Shown piece after piece: positions 1 to 9,800 of a DNA stretch of 64,000 nucleotides. The stretch is from Sulfurimonadaceae bacterium. GTDB taxonomy: Bacteria; Campylobacterota; Campylobacteria; Campylobacterales; Sulfurimonadaceae. A program made the translations under genes and the position numbers. Under the pieces are notes generated by a model, which saw nothing but the letters and a program-made list of their open reading frames with translations, was not told where the DNA came from and ran no database searches. Each line of letters begins with the position of its first letter. Position 1 is the stretch's first letter. Where the stretch lies: positions 1 through 64,000 of the forward strand of contig JBFFUI010000001.1 of the NCBI GenBank assembly GCA_041571435.1, in the 5' to 3' direction.

Positions 1-147
1 GTCGGTGCCGACTTTGCTTTTTCGTCACTCTCACTTGATCGTGAGAACCTGCCAAGTATGGCTCCCCTCTAACTATTAAATCATTAACGCTTAAACGCAC
101 TAACATCTACTAGCTGCAATCCGCGTGTGTCACCAGCAACACCTGTC

Positions 148-175
148 CGGGTCAGGTGATGAATCTCCACTTTTA
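148..175 (+). repeat. Terminal inverted repeat (left)
   Basis: 28/28 match to reverse complement of 1001-1028. Confidence 0.95.
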
Positions 176-178
176 CAT

Positions 179-952
179 TCATGCATTAAATTTCTTTACT
201 ATTTTCGAGATTGCTGATGTTGATACGTCAAGGTGTTTAGCGATACTTGCTTGTGTGTAACCATCATCTATAGCATTTATTATAGCTATGTTTCTTGCAT
301 CTTTACCTGCCTCAACTTCAAAATGTTCTTGCAATGTTTTTGACTTCTGTAACTTGAGTTCATGTTCTTTGATCTCTATCTTTCTTGTTTGCTCTTTTTT
401 TAGATACTCCGTCTCATCAGTTGTCAGATCTAACGCTAAGTGTTCCAATATGCCTTCTTCTTTTAAAAGTGTTTTGAGTTGAGAGTGTTCTGCGCACTCG
501 ATGACAGATAGTTTTGGATTAAGTAGTGTAGCAATCAATGTGAATTCATATTTACCGACCGTTTGTGCTATCTTCGCTTTGATAGGGTTTTGCTCTATAT
601 ATCTATAGAGTGTAAAAAGATACTGCTCATCCAAAATATAGTATGACTTGAAACGTCCTTGCCAAAGATGCCCTGAACGGTTATATTTTTTATTGAAGTA
701 GATAGCGTAGTTACTATTGACTTGGCGCATAAACAGAGACAGGTTTTCTGAAGTAAGCTCAATTAACATATGGTAATGGTTATCCATCAAACAATAATCA
801 TGAACATTGATCTTGTATATCTTACACGCTTTACAAACAATCTTTAAGAACTGTTCTTTGTCTTTTTTTTCTCTAAATACATCGCCTCTATCTACACCTC
901 GATTGACGATGTGGTGAAACCCGGCAAAATCTATCCTTGGTCGTCTTGGCAC
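179..952 (-). CDS. Y1_Tnp (IS200-like/REP-associated) tyrosine transposase with C-terminal HTH
   Basis: MPRRPR...HHIVNRG start, YCLMDNHYHML (HUH), GHLWQGRFKS, YIEQNP catalytic Tyr motif, C-terminal YTQASIAKHLDVSTSAISKI helix-turn-helix. Confidence 0.9.
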   Translation of the reverse strand: MPRRPRIDFAGFHHIVNRGVDRGDVFREKKDKEQFLKIVCKACKIYKINVHDYCLMDNHYHMLIELTSENLSLFMRQVNSNYAIYFNKKYNRSGHLWQGRFKSYYILDEQYLFTLYRYIEQNPIKAKIAQTVGKYEFTLIATLLNPKLSVIECAEHSQLKTLLKEEGILEHLALDLTTDETEYLKKEQTRKIEIKEHELKLQKSKTLQEHFEVEAGKDARNIAIINAIDDGYTQASIAKHLDVSTSAISKIVKKFNA

Positions 953-961
953 TCTTTTTCC

Positions 962-1267
962 TTACGCTACTCTCTTGCTTTGTGTGGTTTTGGTATAGCA
1001 TAAAAGTGGAGATTCATCACCTGACCCGTATTTTTTAGTTTGGTTGTAGGCATACCAAACTTTTCCAACATGCTTTCTATATTCTCTTTCATTTACATAT
1101 AAATCCATTACTGATGATTGTAAAACAGTAAAAGTATTATATTCTGCTTGACTAGGAGAAGTTAAGATTCCATTAGCAAAATAAATATCAGTTTTACGCT
1201 CATCTATGTTTGCATAACAAGTGAAAGAAAAAGCATATACTAATAAAAAAAGAAAAAAGTATTTCAT
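962..1267 (-). pseudogene. Secreted protein truncated by the Y1 element (native part 1029-1267)
   Basis: Signal peptide, then IDERKTDIYFANGI...; the reading frame runs into the inverted repeat (GSGDESPLL is encoded by the IR) and stops inside the element. Confidence 0.65.
1001..1028 (-). repeat. Terminal inverted repeat (right)
   Basis: TAAAAGTGGAGATTCATCACCTGACCCG. Confidence 0.95.
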
Positions 1268-1277
1268 TGTTTATTCC

Positions 1278-2153
1278 TTAATTAACATTAAAATCACAAT
1301 AGTTTTTTCCTTGACTAGGCCATGGAACTGTGTATGAATCACCTGATAATGACTTTTGATAAATAACCCATTTAGACTTTCTCTCTGTAGTATTAAAATA
1401 AATATTTTCAAACTTTTTATCTATGATTCTTGAGTGTACAAGTAATTCATCTCCAAATTTATTTGCATAAATTAAATAGTAACCTTCGCAATATATCGGT
1501 GCACTCACTTCCCCACGAATTTCTTTAGCTTTCTCTGGCATTTCTAACACTTTTTTATAAGCCCTTGCTGCCTGCATCGCGATATCTATATGAATCGGGT
1601 GCTTGTCTTTATACGTCTCATAAATCCACCGCTCCACATCATCCCGCACCCCATTCCCATTAGCGTCAATCCCAAGCAAAGTCGAGTCATTAACAACCGG
1701 ATCCGGCTCCGGCGGTAGCTGATGCCCTTGAATCACTTCGGGGACATAGAAACGGTACTTGATCTCTTTGATCTGAGTCGACTTGTAGCCTTTGTCCGCT
1801 TTGAGGCTTTTGATCTCCACTTCATAAACACCTTCTTCCAGTAAAGCATTCGGTGTATAGAGCACTTTATTGTCATATTTGTCGTAACTGATGGCACCGT
1901 CGATGTGGTCGTTGGTCTTGGAGGAGAGATAAACAAGTTTGATGTTGTTCTTCTGCACGCTCGAAGCGTCGAGCGGTACGTTAAAAGAGACTTCGATCTT
2001 GGCATTGTTCCAGACATCGGTCTGTGCTACTGTAGGGGAGAGTTGAGCAATTACGGCTTGGTCGGTGCCTTTGGATATACTGAGATCATCACCGGAACCG
2101 TAGAGAGAGATAGAACTTGTTATAAGGAATAGAAGTGTCAAGAAGTGCTTCAT
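1278..2153 (-). CDS. Secreted protein with Ig-like (Big_5-type) domain and LPPEPD...GIDANGNGVRDDVE motif
   Basis: Likely start MKHFL at 2153 with signal peptide; IEVSFNVPLDASSV...YTPNALLEEGVYEV Ig-like pattern; EF-hand-like D-x-N-x-N-G loop. Confidence 0.7.
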   Translation of the reverse strand: MKHFLTLLFLITSSISLYGSGDDLSISKGTDQAVIAQLSPTVAQTDVWNNAKIEVSFNVPLDASSVQKNNIKLVYLSSKTNDHIDGAISYDKYDNKVLYTPNALLEEGVYEVEIKSLKADKGYKSTQIKEIKYRFYVPEVIQGHQLPPEPDPVVNDSTLLGIDANGNGVRDDVERWIYETYKDKHPIHIDIAMQAARAYKKVLEMPEKAKEIRGEVSAPIYCEGYYLIYANKFGDELLVHSRIIDKKFENIYFNTTERKSKWVIYQKSLSGDSYTVPWPSQGKNYCDFNVN

Positions 2154-2460
2154 CGTTGTGCCTTTTACATCAAATTTGCACAGTATATCACACATGTTTT
2201 ATTAGTATATATTGTAAATTATTTTCAAATTTAACTCACAGCACCATAGGTCAAGTGACAACTCCAAAGTCTACTCATGGTCTTCTTGACATCTTTTTTC
2301 TTCTCTCATTTTATCAATCATATTGCTGTGAAAGTAGTGGGTTGTCACCTGACACTAAATTTCCAGGTAGTAACTCGAAAGAAACAAGTTCTAATATGTT
2401 TAAATTTGTTTCATGTAAATATTTTGGCTATACTGTGTCAAAAAGAAACAGTAGTAACCA

Positions 2461-3585
2461 ATGCCAAGTAAAATATTTACTTATCTTCTACAGGAACGCG
2501 GACAATATAAGTCTCGGCCGCACACCGCATTTCAACACTCTCTGCTCTCCTCTTTGTTAACCTTTTTTGCCGTCGTATCAACACTGTTTGTTCTTCGTCA
2601 GATGCTTTTTGTTCACGACACGCCTATGATCATAGCCGACAGTAGCGGTGCAGTGGTTGGCGCTCTGCTTCTCTACAAACTGAAAAAGAAGAGAAAGGTT
2701 GTTCAAATTGCCAGAATCACCACTTATTTTATGTTCCTGTTTTTTTTACTGTTTAGTTTTGTCAACCAAAATCGGGAGTTTGGTCTGATCTGGAGCATCT
2801 TTTTTCCTGCTTTTGCCATTTTGCTTAATGGCATGCGCTTCGGACTGAGCATTACTGTTCTCTACTATCTTTTTTTGCTGCCAATGGCCTATCAGGGCAT
2901 CGGTGTCTGGGAAGGCGGGGCCTGGACTTTACAGGCATTCTTACGTTTCACCGCTGCCTCTTTTGGAACTGTTTTTGTCATCTCCCTTGCAGAGCATAGC
3001 CGTGAACGTGTCTTCAGGACCTTGCATCTTATGCATCAGAAAGAACGCCGCAATGTACGAAAACTCCACGAACTGTCCCATCAGGACCATTTAACAGAGC
3101 TCTATAACAGGCGAAAACTGCAGGAGATATTTCCAAAAAAGGTCGACATCGCATCAAGGGACAGCACCTACTTCTGTTTCTTTCTTCTGGACATCGACTT
3201 TTTCAAACTCTATAATGACACCTACGGCCATCAGATGGGGGACAAGACACTCAAAGAGGTGGCCAGGATCATGCACGAGCACCTACGCCGCAGTGATGAC
3301 ATGGTCTTCAGGGTCGGCGGCGAAGAGTTCGGCGGTATTATCTTAGGCAGTTCCAGAGCGGTGATAGAAGAGCGGCTGAACACAATACTGACCGCCATCA
3401 GAAATGCCAACATTGAACACCGCTCAAGCGAGGTTGCCGCGCATCTCACGGCTTCCATAGGTGCCGTCATCTATCAACCGAAACTGGTATGTCACGGTTT
3501 TGAGCACCAGTTCTCCGAGGCGGATAAAGCCCTCTATGACTGTAAAAGCCGTGGACGTAACTGTATCTCTATCGTTGAGATCTAA
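2461..3585 (+). CDS. Membrane-bound diguanylate cyclase
   Basis: Several N-terminal TM helices; DHLTELYNRR, DIDFFKLYNDTYGH, RSDD I-site, GGEEF. Confidence 0.92.
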   Translation: MPSKIFTYLLQERGQYKSRPHTAFQHSLLSSLLTFFAVVSTLFVLRQMLFVHDTPMIIADSSGAVVGALLLYKLKKKRKVVQIARITTYFMFLFFLLFSFVNQNREFGLIWSIFFPAFAILLNGMRFGLSITVLYYLFLLPMAYQGIGVWEGGAWTLQAFLRFTAASFGTVFVISLAEHSRERVFRTLHLMHQKERRNVRKLHELSHQDHLTELYNRRKLQEIFPKKVDIASRDSTYFCFFLLDIDFFKLYNDTYGHQMGDKTLKEVARIMHEHLRRSDDMVFRVGGEEFGGIILGSSRAVIEERLNTILTAIRNANIEHRSSEVAAHLTASIGAVIYQPKLVCHGFEHQFSEADKALYDCKSRGRNCISIVEI

Positions 3586-3600
3586 AACGTAAAAATAGGA

Positions 3601-4812
3601 CTAGAAGCGGTCGAGCTTGATGACCTTGACGGTCTCTCCCGCCTCTTTCGGGCCGTCTTCTTCGCTGCTGACGATCAGTGCGGCATCACCGAGCATGTTG
3701 GTCAAGATAGCCGATGTCCCCACCTTTTTACCTTCAAAGTCGACAACGTATCTGCCATCCTTAAAAGCAAGGTTACAGGCCGTAAACTCACTCTTTCTGG
3801 AGCGTTTGTTGAACGGCTCGGCCAAGGTCGCTTCGACCATCTCGAAGACCTTCTCGCTCCCGAGGAACTTCTTGATCAGCGGCACGACATAGAGCAGGAA
3901 CGTCACCGTCGACGAGTAGGCAAACCCGGGCAGTCCGAGGATGAATTTCTCCCCCTTTTGCGCCACGAGGATATGCTGTCCCGGCTTGATGTTCACCCCT
4001 TTGAAGATCACCTCCGCGCCAAGGGCCGGAATGACATCTTTGACAAAGTCGTAATCACCGACGCTGACACCCCCGGTACTGACCACGATATCGGCCGACG
4101 CCAGGGCATTTTCAAAGGCGGAGGTAATGGATGCTCTGTCGTCTTTGACGACCCCCATCTGCACCGCTTCTGCACCCGCCATCGTAGCGATAGCGGCAAT
4201 GGTATGGTGGTTTGAACTGCGGATCTGTGAGGCATGTTCCTGCGCTTCGCCGATCTCGAGGATCTCGCTTCCGGTAGAGAGGGTAGCCACACGAGGCCGA
4301 AGCATGACCGGTACCACGGCGATATTCAGTCCCGCCAGAACACCGATCTCGGCAAAACCGATCTTGGCCCCTTTTTTGATCAGGACATCGCCCTTGGAGT
4401 AGCTCTCGCCGACCGGACGGACGCTGTTGCCTAAAGGTACCGGTTCGTTGATGATGATCTCGTTCCCCTCCACAGTGACATTCTCGATCTGGATCAGGGT
4501 GTCCGCACCGCGCGGCATGCCTGCGCCGGTAAAGGTCTTGATACAGCTGCCGCTTGTCACCTCGCGTGTTTCGTCACTGCCGGCAGGGTTGTCGCCCAAA
4601 ATCGTAATACGTCCGCCTGCAAGGTCGCTGTGCAGCACCGCATAACCGTCCATCGCAGACGTCGGCTGTGACGGTGAGTTCTCATCGGCCACGATATCTT
4701 TTGCCAGGTAACGGCCAAGAGCATCCTGTAAAAAAACGTTCTCCTGGCGCAAAGTACCTGCTTCGAGTGCGTTCAACAGTTCTATTGACTCTTCATAACG
4801 TAAAAAACCCAT
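3601..4812 (-). CDS. moeA: Molybdopterin molybdotransferase
   Basis: SAMDGYAV, TGAGMPRGAD, STGSE, STGGVSVGDYDFVK, GLPG motifs. Confidence 0.95.
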   Translation of the reverse strand: MGFLRYEESIELLNALEAGTLRQENVFLQDALGRYLAKDIVADENSPSQPTSAMDGYAVLHSDLAGGRITILGDNPAGSDETREVTSGSCIKTFTGAGMPRGADTLIQIENVTVEGNEIIINEPVPLGNSVRPVGESYSKGDVLIKKGAKIGFAEIGVLAGLNIAVVPVMLRPRVATLSTGSEILEIGEAQEHASQIRSSNHHTIAAIATMAGAEAVQMGVVKDDRASITSAFENALASADIVVSTGGVSVGDYDFVKDVIPALGAEVIFKGVNIKPGQHILVAQKGEKFILGLPGFAYSSTVTFLLYVVPLIKKFLGSEKVFEMVEATLAEPFNKRSRKSEFTACNLAFKDGRYVVDFEGKKVGTSAILTNMLGDAALIVSSEEDGPKEAGETVKVIKLDRF

Positions 4813-5253
4813 CTACTCTCCTAACAGACCCGAACCGCTGATCGGTGTGGAACGCTCGGCCGCATAGAGACGCTTGCCGTCTTTGAGGTCATACTTCCAG
4901 ATCGGCGCGCTCGCTTTGAAATCCTCGACAAAGTCGTTGATCATCTTGAGGGCCACCTTGCGTTTCGGCGAGAAGACCGCCGCCACGTAGGAGGAGGTGT
5001 GCAGCGGCACATCACCGCGTGAGTGGGCCATCTTCAAGACAGCGCCCGCCTCTTTGGCTCTCGCCTGCCACGCATCGAACCATGACTCCAAAATCGGCTC
5101 ATAGATGTCAAAACTCAATCCCGAAATGCCCTCTTCGTCGCGGATCGTTCCGATAAAGGGGATATAGGCACCGTAATTGCTGCCTGCTTCCTCTTGGTAC
5201 CAGCGCACCAGTATCTCTTCGACCGGAACCGGCCCGTCGTATAACTCCAGCAT
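4813..5253 (-). CDS. moaE: Molybdopterin synthase catalytic subunit
   Basis: FIGTIR, HSRGDV, FKASAPIWK; start MLELY at 5253, directly after moaD. Confidence 0.9.
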   Translation of the reverse strand: MLELYDGPVPVEEILVRWYQEEAGSNYGAYIPFIGTIRDEEGISGLSFDIYEPILESWFDAWQARAKEAGAVLKMAHSRGDVPLHTSSYVAAVFSPKRKVALKMINDFVEDFKASAPIWKYDLKDGKRLYAAERSTPISGSGLLGE

Positions 5254-5254
5254 C

Positions 5255-5476
5255 TCAACCGCCACAGACAGGAGGAAGCAGAGAGACCTTGTCACCGGAC
5301 TTCAACTCGGTGTCAAGCGTTTTGACCATTGTATCGTTCACCGCCACTGCACAACTCTCCAGCCAATCTTTGACCTCAGCATCGTTTTGAAGCGCTGCCG
5401 CCACATCTCTAAGTGTCGCCGCCTCGATCTCCAAAGGCTCTTTCTGTATCGGTCCTAAAAATTCTACACGTACCAT
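5255..5476 (-). CDS. moaD: Molybdopterin synthase sulfur carrier
   Basis: 73 aa ubiquitin-like; VAVN...LLPPVCGG C-terminal GG. Confidence 0.95.
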   Translation of the reverse strand: MVRVEFLGPIQKEPLEIEAATLRDVAAALQNDAEVKDWLESCAVAVNDTMVKTLDTELKSGDKVSLLPPVCGG

Positions 5477-5520
5477 TGTATATCCTCAAAGGGTTCTTTG
5501 CCCTCTTAATTGTTAACGCG

Positions 5521-5529
5521 ATTATAGCA
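5521..5529 (-). promoter_or_regulatory. Extended -10 promoter (TGCTATAAT) for moaD-moaE-moeA
   Basis: ATTATAGCA on + strand, ~45 nt upstream of moaD start. Confidence 0.6.
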
Positions 5530-5639
5530 TATTTGCTGTTTCCGGGCCGTTGGGGGAGAGTGGATAAAGCGCAGCCCTGATGTTGCCGTGTCGTAATTAC
5601 CCGTTCTCTCTGCACGCACCCTTTGCTCTTAACCCATTT

Positions 5640-5648
5640 TGCTATAAT
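5640..5648 (+). promoter_or_regulatory. Extended -10 promoter (TGCTATAAT) for mqnA
   Basis: Exact TGnTATAAT 27 nt upstream of ATG at 5675. Confidence 0.6.
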
Positions 5649-5674
5649 TGCACCAAAAACAGAAGGGGACGAAA

Positions 5675-6343
5675 ATGTTGTTTGGCAAAATCGAATACCT
5701 GAACCTACTCCCGTTCCATCTGTTTATGAAACGCTACAGCCGTTCATCACGCCACTATATGAGCTTTCGCTACAAGAAAGGGGTCCCTTCCAAGATCAAC
5801 GCGGAGTATGCTGCCAGACGCGTTGATGCCGCTTTCATCTCCAGTATCAAAGGGCGAAAAGAGCGGTATGTCAAGTTGGGGATCATCGCCAAAAAAGAGG
5901 TTCTGAGCGTTCTTCTCCTGCCGGCTGAAACCGATGTGGAAGACACGGAGAGTGCAACGTCCAATATCCTGGCCAAGGTTCTGGGACTAAAAGGAGAGGT
6001 GCTCATCGGCGACAAAGCGCTTCGCCATTACCTCAAAGGGGATGCGAACGCCATCGATCTTGCCAAAGTGTGGCATGATCGCTACAACCTCCCCTTTGTC
6101 TTTGCCCTGCTCTGCTACCACCAGCACGACAGAGAGATCAAAAAAATTGCACGCACCTTCAAAAAAGCAGACCGGAAGATCCCGCAATACCAGCTTTCCA
6201 AAGCCTCTGAACGTACGGGGATCTCTCCCAAAGCGATCCGGCACTACCTGACCTACATCTCGTATGAGCTTGACAGCAAGGCAGAAGCGGGACTGCGCAA
6301 GTTCTGGCATCTCTCCAAAGAGCATACCAAGGCACATAAATAA
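5675..6343 (+). CDS. mqnA: Chorismate dehydratase, futalosine menaquinone pathway (MqnA/MqnD family)
   Basis: GKIEYLNLLPF, SATSNILA, LIGDKAL, DLAKVWH...LPFVFA. Confidence 0.85.
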   Translation: MLFGKIEYLNLLPFHLFMKRYSRSSRHYMSFRYKKGVPSKINAEYAARRVDAAFISSIKGRKERYVKLGIIAKKEVLSVLLLPAETDVEDTESATSNILAKVLGLKGEVLIGDKALRHYLKGDANAIDLAKVWHDRYNLPFVFALLCYHQHDREIKKIARTFKKADRKIPQYQLSKASERTGISPKAIRHYLTYISYELDSKAEAGLRKFWHLSKEHTKAHK

Positions 6344-6491
6344 GAAATAAACATTTTTTTTCGGCATGACCTATGGCAAGACTGCTGTTTTGACAAGCAG
6401 CAAGCCACCCTCTCCCAAAGATAGAGCGTTTTATTACCTTCGTGTGTTACAATAATCAAACCATACCAAACCTATTTTCAAAGGATTCATT

Positions 6492-9400
6492 ATGCCTCAA
6501 AATGAGATGATGAACGCCATCTGTTCCCAGCTGCTCACCCCGGACGACATCAATATTTCCGAAGAGCTTGTTACACGTATAGCGGCGGAAAAGATTGTCG
6601 TTCAGGTGCTCATTAAAGGCGAAAGTGCTGCCATCCGCATCTATTCACAGCAAGCGCTGATGCTCTCGCTCATCATGCCGATCCTGCACCACTTCGGCTT
6701 CAACATCGTCGATGAAGTCGCCTTCAGTTTTGACCATAACAAAGAGACCATCCACCTCAAACGTTTCAACCTTAACCTTTTCAAGATAAAACAGATCACT
6801 GAGGCAAAGAACAACATTGAAACCGTTATTACCCAGGCCCTCAAGGGGGAGAGTTTTAAGATCTCACGCCTCTTTTCGCTGGTATGCGAGGAGAACCTAA
6901 ACCTCAGGCAGCTTTCGCTTCTAAAAGCGATGGTCGAGTACATGAACCAGGCAGTCGTGGCCATCAATCTGGACACTTTTTTACACACCCTGACAACACA
7001 GTCGGAGATGGCAACCCTCTTTTTGCACTACTTCGATACCAAGTTCAACCCGGAAGTAAAAGCGCGTAAAAAGAAGATGAAAGAGCTCGAAGCGTCAATC
7101 GAAGCCACGATCAAAAAGGTGCCTAACATCACGGATGACAAGATTTTAAAACTTACCTACGCCCTGATCCAGTCAACCGTCCGTACCAACTACTTTTTCA
7201 ATCAGGAGAGCATTGCGTTCAAGATCGACACGGCAAACTTTGCCCACAACCTCAAAGGGATGCAGCCCCGCATTGAGACCTATGTCTCGCACAAAGATTT
7301 TTCCGGTATCCACCTTCGTATGTCCAACATTTCACGCGGCGGTCTTCGCTGGAGTGAACGCCATGAGGACTTTCGTACCGAGATCAAGTCGCTGATGATC
7401 ACCCAGGAGGGTAAAAATGCCATCATCATCCCCGATGGGGCCAAGGGCGGTTTTGTCATCCACCGCGAGAGAAATGAGATATCGAAGGCGTTTTTCACTG
7501 AAACGTACTCCACGTTTATCCACAATCTGCTTGACCTTGTCGACAACCGTGTCGAGGGGGAAGTGGTGCGTGACAAAAATATCATCGCTTATGATGATGA
7601 GGATCCCTACTTTGTTGTCGCAGCCGACAAAGGCACTGCGGCGATGAGTGATGTCGCCAATGCCATTGCGATCGAAAGGAACTTCTGGCTCGGGGATGCC
7701 TTTGCCAGTGGCGGCTCAAACGGTTTTGGCCACAAAGAGCTCGGGGTCACTGCAAAAGGTTCGCTCAAATCGACCGAACGTTTTTTCCTCGAAAAAGGGG
7801 TCAACTTTCGTGAGGAGAGCGTCACTGTTGTCGGTATCGGTTCTATGAACGGCGACGTCTTCGGAAATGGGATGCTGGAGTCCAGACACTTTAAACTTCT
7901 GGGGGCGATCTCACATCGGGAGATCTTTATCGATCCCAAACCGAATACCGAGGTCGCCTTTGCGGAGAGACAACGTCTCTTTGTTGCCAAAGACGGTTCA
8001 TGGAGTGCCTACAACCGTGACCTGATCTCTAAAGGCGGCGGTGTGTTTTTGCGCAGTGACAAGGCCGTAGAGCTGACGCCTGAGATACAGACGATGCTGC
8101 ATACCCAAAAGCAGTCGATGAGCGGTGAGGATCTGGCAAAAGCGCTGTTGTGCATGAAGGTCGACCTTCTTTTCAACGGCGGTGTCGGGACCTATGTCAA
8201 ACACTCCGAAGAGAGCAACCTCGACCTGGGCGACAAGCAGAATGAAGCGGTCCGTATCGATGCCAGTGATCTCAGGTGCGAAATTGTCTGTGAAGGGGGC
8301 AACCTCGGCTTTACCCAAAGAGCCCGTATCGAATATGCCGTCGGCGGCGGCAAGATCAATATTGACGGTATCGACAATGCCGCCGGTGTTGACACGTCGG
8401 ATCATGAGGTCAATCTCAAGATCCTTCTCAATATGCTTAAAGAGAAAGGGCTGATCAACAATAAAGAGAGCCAGCACACCCTGCAATCGTTAACACAGCA
8501 AGTCATCAATATGGTCCTCTGGAGCAACTACCGTCAGGCGCTGGCGCTCTCTCGGGATGAGATGCTCAGTCGACTCTACCCTGAAGATTTTCATACGACC
8601 ATTGATATATTGAGTGAGCATATCGAGGTCTTCAACCGCAGAGACTTCTTTATCCCCAAAACAGAGAACATGGAAGAGATTATGACCAAGAGTGGGGAGA
8701 TCGTCAGACCTATCCTCGCTTCGCTGCTCTCCTATTCCAAAATATTAGTAAAAAAACTGCTTCTGGGCAGTCCTTTGATAGACGACCTACACAGTATCGA
8801 CTATCTGTACAAATACTTTCCAAAGTCCTTTGTCAGCGTCTATGAGCATGAGATCAAGACCCATCCGCTCAGAGATCAGATCATCGCCACTGTCATTGCC
8901 GATACGGTCATCAACCTGCAGGGTGCCAGTTTTGTGCATGACTATAACCGCTTAGGCAAAGAGAAGTTCCTTGACAAGATCAAATCCTACCTCATCGGCA
9001 ACAATCTCTTTGGCGCCAATGATATCCGTTTTGAGATATTCAGACACGATTACGATATGCCGCTTCGTACGCAATACGAACTGTTGAGCAGCATCGAAAG
9101 AACACTCACCTTCTCTACTAAGTGGATGTTGAACTATCTCGACTCCGAACAGATCGACTCTGCCCACATCCTTGACTACAAAGACCGTCTCCATGAACTG
9201 CTGAACACGATGGAGACAGAGGTCGATCAGGAACTGGTCGCCGGCAATGAACACTTCAACCGTTTTTTTACGACCATCGACTATCTTCGCTTTGCCGTTG
9301 CCGCTATTGTCATCAAAGAACATAGTAACAACAGTTTTGAGAATGTTGCCAGTCTCTTCTACCTTATCTTCCGCGAGATGAAGATCATGAAACTGCTGCG

Positions 9401-9680
9401 CATCCTGGATGAGCTTAAGATCAACGAAGATGCCGACCGGGCGATCAAAGCGCAGATGCTTCACTACATCGAGTTTATTGTTATCAACCTCACGCAAAAG
9501 ATCTTAAGTTTTCAACGGGTCGGTGAATCAGCGCATGAAGCCTTTGAGAACTATCTCAACAGTAACAGAAAACACTTCGAGTCGACCGTAGAACAGATAG
9601 ACAAACTGCTCAGCGAAGAGCATAAAGAGGTCAAAGAGGTCGTGATCACGATCAATCAATTGATGGTGCTTGCCATCTGA
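6492..9680 (+). CDS. gdhB: NAD-specific glutamate dehydrogenase (large bacterial type)
   Basis: RGGLRWS, GAKGGF, YFVVAADKGTA, GDAFASGGS, GDVFGNGML, EGGNLG, DHEVNLKI. Confidence 0.9.
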   Translation: MPQNEMMNAICSQLLTPDDINISEELVTRIAAEKIVVQVLIKGESAAIRIYSQQALMLSLIMPILHHFGFNIVDEVAFSFDHNKETIHLKRFNLNLFKIKQITEAKNNIETVITQALKGESFKISRLFSLVCEENLNLRQLSLLKAMVEYMNQAVVAINLDTFLHTLTTQSEMATLFLHYFDTKFNPEVKARKKKMKELEASIEATIKKVPNITDDKILKLTYALIQSTVRTNYFFNQESIAFKIDTANFAHNLKGMQPRIETYVSHKDFSGIHLRMSNISRGGLRWSERHEDFRTEIKSLMITQEGKNAIIIPDGAKGGFVIHRERNEISKAFFTETYSTFIHNLLDLVDNRVEGEVVRDKNIIAYDDEDPYFVVAADKGTAAMSDVANAIAIERNFWLGDAFASGGSNGFGHKELGVTAKGSLKSTERFFLEKGVNFREESVTVVGIGSMNGDVFGNGMLESRHFKLLGAISHREIFIDPKPNTEVAFAERQRLFVAKDGSWSAYNRDLISKGGGVFLRSDKAVELTPEIQTMLHTQKQSMSGEDLAKALLCMKVDLLFNGGVGTYVKHSEESNLDLGDKQNEAVRIDASDLRCEIVCEGGNLGFTQRARIEYAVGGGKINIDGIDNAAGVDTSDHEVNLKILLNMLKEKGLINNKESQHTLQSLTQQVINMVLWSNYRQALALSRDEMLSRLYPEDFHTTIDILSEHIEVFNRRDFFIPKTENMEEIMTKSGEIVRPILASLLSYSKILVKKLLLGSPLIDDLHSIDYLYKYFPKSFVSVYEHEIKTHPLRDQIIATVIADTVINLQGASFVHDYNRLGKEKFLDKIKSYLIGNNLFGANDIRFEIFRHDYDMPLRTQYELLSSIERTLTFSTKWMLNYLDSEQIDSAHILDYKDRLHELLNTMETEVDQELVAGNEHFNRFFTTIDYLRFAVAAIVIKEHSNNSFENVASLFYLIFREMKIMKLLRILDELKINEDADRAIKAQMLHYIEFIVINLTQKILSFQRVGESAHEAFENYLNSNRKHFESTVEQIDKLLSEEHKEVKEVVITINQLMVLAI

Positions 9681-9800
9681 TCCCCACTTTCAAATACGGG
9701 ATAACTCTACTTTAAGAATTTGCTTTAATAAATTACGATACTCTTGTGGCATAACAGCGATAAATTAGAATTTCTTATTTTATAAGGAGCTTCTTTTTTA

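Larger units (their letters stand above)
148..1028 (-). mobile_element. Y1/HUH (RAYT-like) transposable element bounded by 28-bp perfect inverted repeats
   Basis: CGGGTCAGGTGATGAATCTCCACTTTTA at 148-175; exact reverse complement at 1001-1028; single transposase ORF between them. Confidence 0.8.

Noticed and set aside
1-22. GTCGGTGC...TTTTT resembling a tracrRNA 3' end
   Set aside because: Only a short hairpin at the window edge; no anti-repeat or cas9 context
5530-5625. Moco riboswitch upstream of moaD
   Set aside because: Lies upstream of the predicted moaD -10 box, and I cannot match the Moco motif consensus
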